Origin: Phoronis australis
Taxonomy: Eukaryota > Animalia > Phoronida
Assembly: GCA_002633005.1 (NCBI GenBank)
Contig: NMRA01000201.1
Span: forward strand, 441,989 to 505,988
Direction of reading: 5' to 3'
Length of the DNA stretch: 64,000 bases
The notes under the pieces were generated by a model, which ran no database searches, was not told the DNA's origin, and saw only the letters and a program-made list of their open reading frames with translations. The position numbers were made by a program, and so were the translations under genes. Below, piece by piece: positions 55,471 through 64,000 of this stretch; within the stretch, counting starts at the first letter, position 1; the number at the start of each line of letters is the position of its first letter.

Positions 55471-56259
55471 AAAGAATGTTCTTAACTTATGCATGAACTT
55501 GTGTATTCTTATTGGAATTGCTTACGGAATTCCATAATCAAACATCACGAGTTACGTTTTTATAATACTACACCAAACTCAAAATTTTCATTTACAAAAA
55601 TACCTTTTTCACTTTTTTCAAACTCTGTATAATTAATGACATTTACTAACGACTAACGGCGAATTAAGCGGTGCTTGGATGGAAAATGCCAACGTTTCAA
55701 ATACATTTGTACCATAGCTTGTTGGGATTTACACGTACCCGTATTTATTTTACATACTATGGTGTGATGAACCATTTCCTAAACTTCCATAGTTAGGGTA
55801 TCTGGACTTATCTTCCCCTTAATAAAACAAATGAATTAATTCAGGCTATTTTAACATTATGTTCCAGGACACACAGTAACAAGGATTGGCGTAGCCATAA
55901 CGTTTTGGCACTCTGTAAAGGAAACTTAGAGCAGTCATTGTCATAAGCCTAATTTCACAAACAAACTGCATCGCCCTTAAAAGTTGAAATTCAACTTTAA
56001 CTCTAACAAAAAAGAGATTCTAGAAAGTCCTAAATTTTAACACCAAATGAAAGACTGGCGACGGATGTCTTGGCTCCAACCATTGCGAAACAACAAGTGG
56101 ACCAATATTATCGTAAAGTCGCGCTATCATCGCGTGAAATTACTGCCAAAATTTCCCTCTCCCATTTTCAAAGGATTCTAAAAAAACCTTCATCGGTTTT
56201 CAAATTATTGTCTGGCGATAGCTATAGCCAAAATTTAAACATGGAAAAAGCGGTGCAAA

Positions 56260-56859
56260 CTGTGAAGGAAAGGATGAGAATCGAAATGAAACTTCATCTG
56301 GTGACATATTGTGTCCTAAATTGGTGGGAATTGAACGAAGATGTGAAGACATAACAAATCCTTTAGGCAATGCGAAGTTTAAATCAAGTGCATGTATTTT
56401 ACAACCATTTTGCAAAACATATGATTTACGAGCTTAACCTTTGCCCGAAAGTAAAATTATGATCAAAGACAGATAAATCAAGGAAAGCAAAGTACTAAAA
56501 ATTTGATAAGTTCAGATTATATCGGCAATTTTTCTCTAGNCTGTGAAGGAAAGGATGAGAATCGAAATGACGGTGCAAACTGTGAAGGAAAGGATGAGAA
56601 TCGAAATGAAGCTTCATCTGGTGACATATTGTGCCCTAAATTGGTGGGAATTGAACGAAGATGTGAAGACATAACAAATCCTTTAGGCAATGCGAAGTTT
56701 AAATCAAGTGCATGTATTTTACAACCATTTTGCAAAACATATGACTTACGGGCTTAACCTTTGCCCGTAAGTAAAATTATGACCAAAGACAGATAAATCA
56801 AGGAAAGCAAAGTACTAAAAATTTGATAAGTTCAGATTATATCGGCAATTTTTCTCTAG
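56260..56859. other. About 280-bp direct duplication flanking N (56540); probable assembly artefact
   Basis: 56260-56539 is repeated after the N. Confidence 0.8.
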
Positions 56860-57712
56860 GTGAAGACGTGGTGTATGTAACGTGCCAGGCGTCACTTTGT
56901 GACGACTCGTTTGGATTCATCTAAATATAGTTAGGAGCGTCAGAGGTGCCTCCAAAAGTAATCCCTACGCAAGTCAATATGAGTACCGCATCATTTGAAT
57001 CTGTTTGTGGTCTAGTCGGTGATCACATATGCTTCAGTTTATGCGGCAACTGAGATGACTTCTGACAATCCAAAAAGGTTGGCCGTCCTTCCCCATTTCG
57101 CATTGAACAATAAGGGACAGGTTTTCATGCAGTATACCCGTATGATTTGAAACATTCATAATTAATCTGCCTGCCACTTACCGTGTCGGATAGTTTTCGG
57201 AAATGACAGGACACCAAAGAATTGAGCAAGTTTTGAATAAAATTCGCGTCTCCACGTCTTGGAGAAAATAGGCTGGACAACGAGAATAACGGAAGCGACG
57301 AGGACTTCGTAAATCAGTAACTATAACAATCTGATTAGATTTTTAAGCACATCGACACGTGTTCGACAACTGGTCGACTGCGTTCTTAACACGTCAGCGT
57401 GTCAGAAATGACCTGTCAAGACGTGTCAGAAAACGACTCGTCACAAGGCGTGTTCCATAGTGTTAAAGGAGAATGCCACTCGATTTTATTAGTCATTTTT
57501 ACCGCCTTAATCGGTCTTTATCCACATCGCTTCTTATACGGTCGACCTCACCTTGCCGAGAGGTGTCGCGTTAACCTGTGAGGAAGGCTTGCTGGTTCCC
57601 TGCGTGCCGCTAGGTGGGGCAGTAGCCGCGCCAGCTGGGCTAAGCACGCAGGGAACCAGCGAGGTGAGGAAGGTGACAAACGACGCAGCGACAGCAGCGG
57701 TTCGTCTGCAGA

Positions 57713-58020
57713 GTGAATGCCGCTATATTGCGGTGCATTGTTCCCGCGTGTCCGCAATATGAAGCTGCGAAGAAAGCCGGTATTTCGTTTTTTCGACTTC
57801 CTCGAGAGCCCAAACTGAAATGCTTAGGAAGTGGCTCGGCGGTAGTGAAGAATGAAATGTATGCTGTTAATAGCAAGTATGAGGGCGCCAGTGAAACATC
57901 TCCGTGTCTGTGGCCGGCATTTCGTCGACAGTGATTTCTCTGACGAATTCCGGCTTACCAAAGAACGATCCATATACGTTCCGTTGCCTGTGCATGTTCA
58001 CGGTGCCTCTAGTATTTCTT
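57713..58020 (+). mobile_element. Decayed THAP domain (transposon remnant)
   Basis: CIVPAC...KAGISFFRLPREP, then LRVCGRHFVDSDF, with frameshifts. Confidence 0.75.
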
Positions 58021-59642
58021 GATCAGTGTATTCCGGTTGGAACTGATAGCCTGTGAAACCTTACGATCCGACCCGTGAAGTCTTCGTCGGATGAGCTCTT
58101 GACTAAGTCGGGATTGGCGCAGGGCGAGTTGCCATGTAGACGTTTATTATTCTGCGTTCTGTTTCAAAATGAATTATTCTCATCCTAAAATGATCCTAAC
58201 CAATGCTTATACATGTACGAAGTTGAAACAAAGTATGTCTCATTAGATACAATTTGTAATGCCTTGGAGTGCTCATGAGTGCAAATGCTTGAGGAGCTAG
58301 CAATGAACAAAACCACTGCGTCACCGGCTTTAGATGCTATAAAAGGTAATTTACCGGGCACCGAGGCCGTGTGAGCGCTTGCTAATTCAGTGTTTGCTGA
58401 CAGAAAGCTGTTGTGAAACAATAACTCGATTTTATATGTTATGGTCACATGATAAGGGAATCTTTATTTAGATATACAAATACATTATTCAAATCATTGT
58501 TAGCCTACTGTGCAACCTTTGCCCTGATGGTTCTGTGAAAGGGGAACATGACTTCGCGGTCCCCGACACTGAGTAAGTAGATTTTCAGTTTCGTGGCTTA
58601 TTCACATAAATTATTACGTGCATATTATTTCTTTGGCTCACTATTATAGTCTTTTCGTGACTGGAGGTTTAGTTTCCAACTTAAGCTGGTTTATGTTCGT
58701 AATGTCCAGTCACGGCGGCCGCGACGGGCCTGATCGGGTTCTGAGCCACTGGTGGGGAGTAACAAGCGTTTTAGGTGTTTAGAACTGAAATAATGCGTCC
58801 ACAAATAAATATGCGGGCACATAAAAATCGCAAGTCCAAAAGTACAACACACAGGTATGTTCCCCCGTCTGTATTTCACGGAAGAATGATTCAAATTTAT
58901 CACCAAACAGACCAAACTCCCGCGATCGACCATGGTAAATTGGCTTTATTTACCGAACTCTTTAGGCTACGGTAAGTTCAAATGTCTATGACTCAGTAAC
59001 AGTGAAGTAAAACAACACGTTTGTTCAAGAACTCGATGTAATTGTAAGTGGTTTACATCGAATTTTGATGATTTATTGGTGTAAAACGATGAATTCAAGC
59101 AATAAGTTGACACCAGTAAGCGTGCTGTGAACGGCTGATCAGACTTCTTTCGAACCGATTAGGAGGCACAGAACAGTTCTCACTGGGTTGTGCTCAGCAA
59201 AACACACATCACTTGATTTGTCACCTTTTATTCACTCTGTCAAATACAGGATGCAAAGAATGACATGTTTTCAATTATTTCACATAGAAAGCCCTGCAGA
59301 TGAGCACAGAAACTTTATTCTCTCTTGTATTTTTACCATTTCATTCCCACTGAAAACCAAGCTAGACTAAGAAAAATAAGGGCAAAAAAATGCAAAGTCG
59401 GCACTTTTCACCCAAAAAAACACCACTTCCCTGCCGATGCACGACTAAAGCCAACATTAGAGTCTGAAAGCAAATTTCCTACCGATTCCGAAAATGTGGT
59501 CCAAAAGTACTGTCAACCAACTAGTTTTTTTGGCAATTGACCTATCGCAAGCTCCGCCCCTATGCGAAAAGTCACGTGATACCCGACATTCGAACGACAT
59601 GTCAGAGGCAAATACACTGTCGCTAAACGACGTTCCTGGAGG

Positions 59643-60216
59643 NNNNNNNNNNNNNNNNNNNNNNNNNNNNNNNNNNNNNNNNNNNNNNNNNNNNNNNNNN
59701 NNNNNNNNNNNNNNNNNNNNNNNNNNNNNNNNNNNNNNNNNNNNNNNNNNNNNNNNNNNNNNNNNNNNNNNNNNNNNNNNNNNNNNNNNNNNNNNNNNNN
59801 NNNNNNNNNNNNNNNNNNNNNNNNNNNNNNNNNNNNNNNNNNNNNNNNNNNNNNNNNNNNNNNNNNNNNNNNNNNNNNNNNNNNNNNNNNNNNNNNNNNN
59901 NNNNNNNNNNNNNNNNNNNNNNNNNNNNNNNNNNNNNNNNNNNNNNNNNNNNNNNNNNNNNNNNNNNNNNNNNNNNNNNNNNNNNNNNNNNNNNNNNNNN
60001 NNNNNNNNNNNNNNNNNNNNNNNNNNNNNNNNNNNNNNNNNNNNNNNNNNNNNNNNNNNNNNNNNNNNNNNNNNNNNNNNNNNNNNNNNNNNNNNNNNNN
60101 NNNNNNNNNNNNNNNNNNNNNNNNNNNNNNNNNNNNNNNNNNNNNNNNNNNNNNNNNNNNNNNNNNNNNNNNNNNNNNNNNNNNNNNNNNNNNNNNNNNN
60201 NNNNNNNNNNNNNNNN
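59643..60216. other. Scaffold gap (574 N)
   Basis: Run of N. Confidence 0.99.
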
Positions 60217-63200
60217 GGTAGCTTTCATTTAATTTTGAAGGTAGCATGATCACTAAGTCGTGGTATGGTTACAAAAGATTACAAGTCTGGTGTGGTAGTT
60301 GCAAAAATAGGGTATTTACAAAAATAATTCAAGTTCTTTTTTAAACCTTCGATCTAAATATCATGTTTGAACAACTTCAAAATGAGCTCTCTCTAACTCC
60401 GAGTCTACAGACATAGTGTATACTAGAGGTACACGTCAAAAACAATTCAACAGTTTATTTTTAATGACAACAGCTCGACCAAGGCTTTGAATTCCGACAG
60501 TCATCCAGTGCCCTTCCCCGTGCCGATCTAATCTCTGAATTTTGACGGGGAGAGAAGTTCAGTTGAACGCCAGCCTACGGTTTATGAATAACAAAAATGT
60601 ACCTCTGATACGAAACAAAATAATGTCCATTAGGTTGAAATAAATAAAAAACATAAGATAAAAATGTCCTTGAAAACAAGAATTTCCGGGGACTGCCGCT
60701 AGAGTGCTGAGATCCAGCAGGTGCCGAGACAAAGGCGGCCAGACGTAGGAAACTCGGGAGTCAAAATCTGAGATAGTCCTGCACCATAGCCACCAAGCTG
60801 AAAAGTGCGTATCTTGGAACTAATATATTTGTGTTTATTATAGCCTTCGAGTTATCAAGCAACATCGCTATGTTCAGCTGCTCGTGTGGCCGTACAGTTT
60901 GATCCATAGTTTACGCTTTTCAACATCATTTTTCGGCTTAGGACATGCCAAAAATGACGGTATATTATTCTGGAGCAGCATAACGGCTGTCGGTGCTACA
61001 CACGCCATATCAACACCATTTCCCCATTCTTAGCGGACAATTTCTTGAGCAAAATGACTAAAGTAAGTTTAACTCGACTACGTGTGGTTTGTCGGGTAAA
61101 ATGGCGGCTTGGAAACGCAGACGAATGTGTGCCAAGAATGCTGCGTTCTGATTGGTCAGTTAAGCCGTCCGTCATAATCCTGGCGATAGGTCAATTCTTG
61201 CTTGTTTGAGGGCTTCCTAAAATCACAGCCAATTTCTCTGTCGCTACCCAACAATGCACAATTGCAGCTGGCGGCCGCCATATTGAAGAAGAGTGCAGCT
61301 ACAGTCAAGAAAGTGGCATTTTTTTATTCACAGCATGTTCACAAATTCAAACAAACCACATTCACTTAGCCTACTTGCAATGCCCACTTACGAAATGCCC
61401 CCAAACTTGGCCTACCCCAAAATTTCAATATTTTGGCAGTGCAAATTGGCCGCGGCCGTAGTCTAACTATTCAGTGCCACCTAATCTAGCAACTTCATGT
61501 ACTTAGTGGACGCCATTTTGAGTATGATACTGAGCCTTGTTCAGAGCTGTATAATCAATAGAAATGTACGGCTTTGGCAGTTATCAAAACCTGGCAGACA
61601 TTTTAAAAATTAAACTGGTCCTTGAGTAAAGTACTTATAGTCTGTTATCGGTGCTAAAAGAATTGAAGAACGATCGTGTGCTCGACTTTTGACACCATAA
61701 GTAGAGGGCCATCTATTGGTCAATTTCTTTTACTGGCGATTTTGCGATCGAATGGTCTCATCCGCATTGCTGTGTACAGATCTCAGCAAGTTAGCGGGAT
61801 TGAGTTCACCTTACAATGTTTTTAGTTAAAACTACATGTAGGACTATTTGCCTCGGCTAACTTGTCACCATTTCTCAAAAGATGTCGCACAAGATCTGAA
61901 TCAACTGCTGGCTGGTTCCCTGCGCGCCGCTAGGTGGTAGCCACCACACAGGTAACACTTAATTTTCTTCGGGAATTTTTTTATACCGGCGTTTCTGATT
62001 GGCTGGTCAAATTCTCAGCAGGCAGCGCTTTACGCAAACAAACTGGCATGACTGATAGAGGAAGTGTAAATGTGGTCTGTTGTACAGACACATCGGTGCT
62101 TAAAATTTATGTTCAGGAAATGTGAATCCAGTAAATTGTGGTTGCTCCTTCCCGGAGTGCATCTTTCTACTGTCGATTACTTTTGTTTTCAATACTGTCC
62201 TGTATTCATACAATATGAATAACATACCGATTAAATCGGCCAGATATGTGTTTATTGTAAATGTATGTACTACATGCACGCGGATATTAAACATTACTGC
62301 AGAAACGAAATAGTTGCTGCTACGCCACTTGCATGACAAGGCTAAAAATCGTTCATAGCCCGCCATTTTCTCACATTGTTGTAAAGCTAACCAATGACTG
62401 CCGAGGTTACATCAACCAATGCTAAAGCGCGTGCCACTACGTTATACCTGCATGCTGGCTAGGCTCGAGAATCAACTGACGCATGCGCTTCTCGCGCGCT
62501 GTTTTATGTCCTAGGTAAGAGATTTTTTGTTAGAGTAGCGAAAAATTATGGTTCTCTCAAACTTATTTAGTGACATTCATTCTAACTCGTATATTAAAAA
62601 ACAGTAAAAGTATGTTTTTGAAAGAAACATTATCAGAAATTAAAAAAAAATGTTTTATATTTATGTGCCATTATTATTTTTACGTTACCAATGTTTGAAG
62701 TCAAAATTTAATCTTAGGGAAATACATGCATAGCAAAATATCCCCTTAGTCGACTTTAAATTAAACCTTTTTTAAACGAAAACTTCACAATTTCACATCA
62801 AAAATGCTGTTAGGAGTTTTCGAATACTTATAGTTTTGTTTCGATGCCAAATTAACTCGGGGAAACCTAACTGCGTGTAACGGTGGGACATCTGTTGTCT
62901 CGTTTCGTTAACTCTACGTAACGTTTCAGTTAAAATCTGAAGTTTTCCGATTAATTATTCGGTGAAGCTTGTTTTGTTCAATATAATCCTTGTCAGCTAT
63001 TTGAGCATCCACTCGTAATGCTACTAAATTGGCAGTGCCTAATTAAAGATGCTATGCCTCATTAAAACCGTGAATATTCAAATTTGTAGCAAGTGCCACC
63101 TAGTGAAGTCCTCAGGAGAAATTGTGTAGAAGTACACTCAGGAAAAGAAACAATTTGTAAATAAATTGCGGTTTTAAAGAAACCACCACGACTGATGAAA

Positions 63201-64000
63201 AATGCAAGTAATTTCGGATAATGAAATGAACAAATAATAAAAACTGTGCCTTGTTTCATTAGGGTAACCACAATGCGGTGGGGGTTTCCCAGGGATTTCC
63301 GTGTCGTACACTGTACCAAGAAATGTGGACGAGAAATGGGTGCAAATATAACGCCAGTTCAATGTCTGTCTGGGATGTCCTAGATGAAATGAATTCTCGA
63401 AAGGTATTCCTATGTATGTGAGCAGATTTTCGGTAACATTATCGGAAAATCAAAAGCGTAGAAGTAGAACGAATATTTGTTGGCCCTCCATGTATTTCTT
63501 AAAGATCAGGGGATTTTATGACAAAAGCATCATTGAAATTGTAATCAACTGTGCAGATATCGGTTGCGGCAAAGTAACTGTGTGCTCAAATGAAGGACGC
63601 AGTCTGGTTGTTTTCTCATGTTGCTAGGGCATTTCTCTCTAATTAATGCTATCCATTTCCCTATGTTAGAGTTGTTTTTTAATGTTTAAAGAGGCACGGA
63701 ACACGGAAACTGGTAAAAATACATTTCATTAAAATTATAGTGGTGAACTTCTTGGGAATGCTGACCTGAGAGTTATTCACTTTGAATATGCAAGAATTTC
63801 TAGAAAAAACGTCAGATTCAATACTTTTAAAATAAATTTTTCAATTTCTCCACCTCTTATAAAATATATGTGCGCATGCGCTAAAAAGTCAGAATGGCTT
63901 CTGCTTGAAATCGTCGTTGCTTTGTTTCTATTAAACGTCAAAGGTCACAATTTCCCTGCAAGGGAAATGTGCTCTGTCTACGTATTACCGTGCCAAATAA

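Noticed and set aside
59494-60253. Long ORFs (201-251 aa) in the ORF track
   Set aside because: They are translations of the N gap.

Overview
This is eukaryotic (invertebrate animal) genomic DNA from a draft scaffold. It is intron-rich and TE-rich, with single-N contig joins and one 574-N gap. Three spliced genes can be reconstructed by hand. (1) TMEM258/OST5 on + (439..5281, 82 aa) has an ATG-only first coding exon and a clear U12-type (minor spliceosome) intron 2. (2) A soluble guanylate cyclase beta-type subunit on - (about 38921..19765, 12 exons) is closest in motif style to beta-2/atypical sGCs. It has an intact heme-binding H-NOX but Gly in place of the guanine-specifying Glu. Most of exon 7 is lost at a single-N join, where it abuts a THAP transposon fragment. 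(3) An unannotated-looking 3-exon gene on - (52767..42302) encodes a 176-aa secreted protein: signal peptide, acidic spacer, then two cysteine modules, one per phase-0 exon. This is the best candidate for something undescribed. The rest is transposon debris: a Tc1 element, an L1/Tx1 LINE 3' end, three THAP remnants, hAT-, Harbinger- and TA-TSD MITEs, and long foldback elements. Haplotype-overlap duplications flank several of the N's. No rRNA, tRNA or CRISPR array was found.
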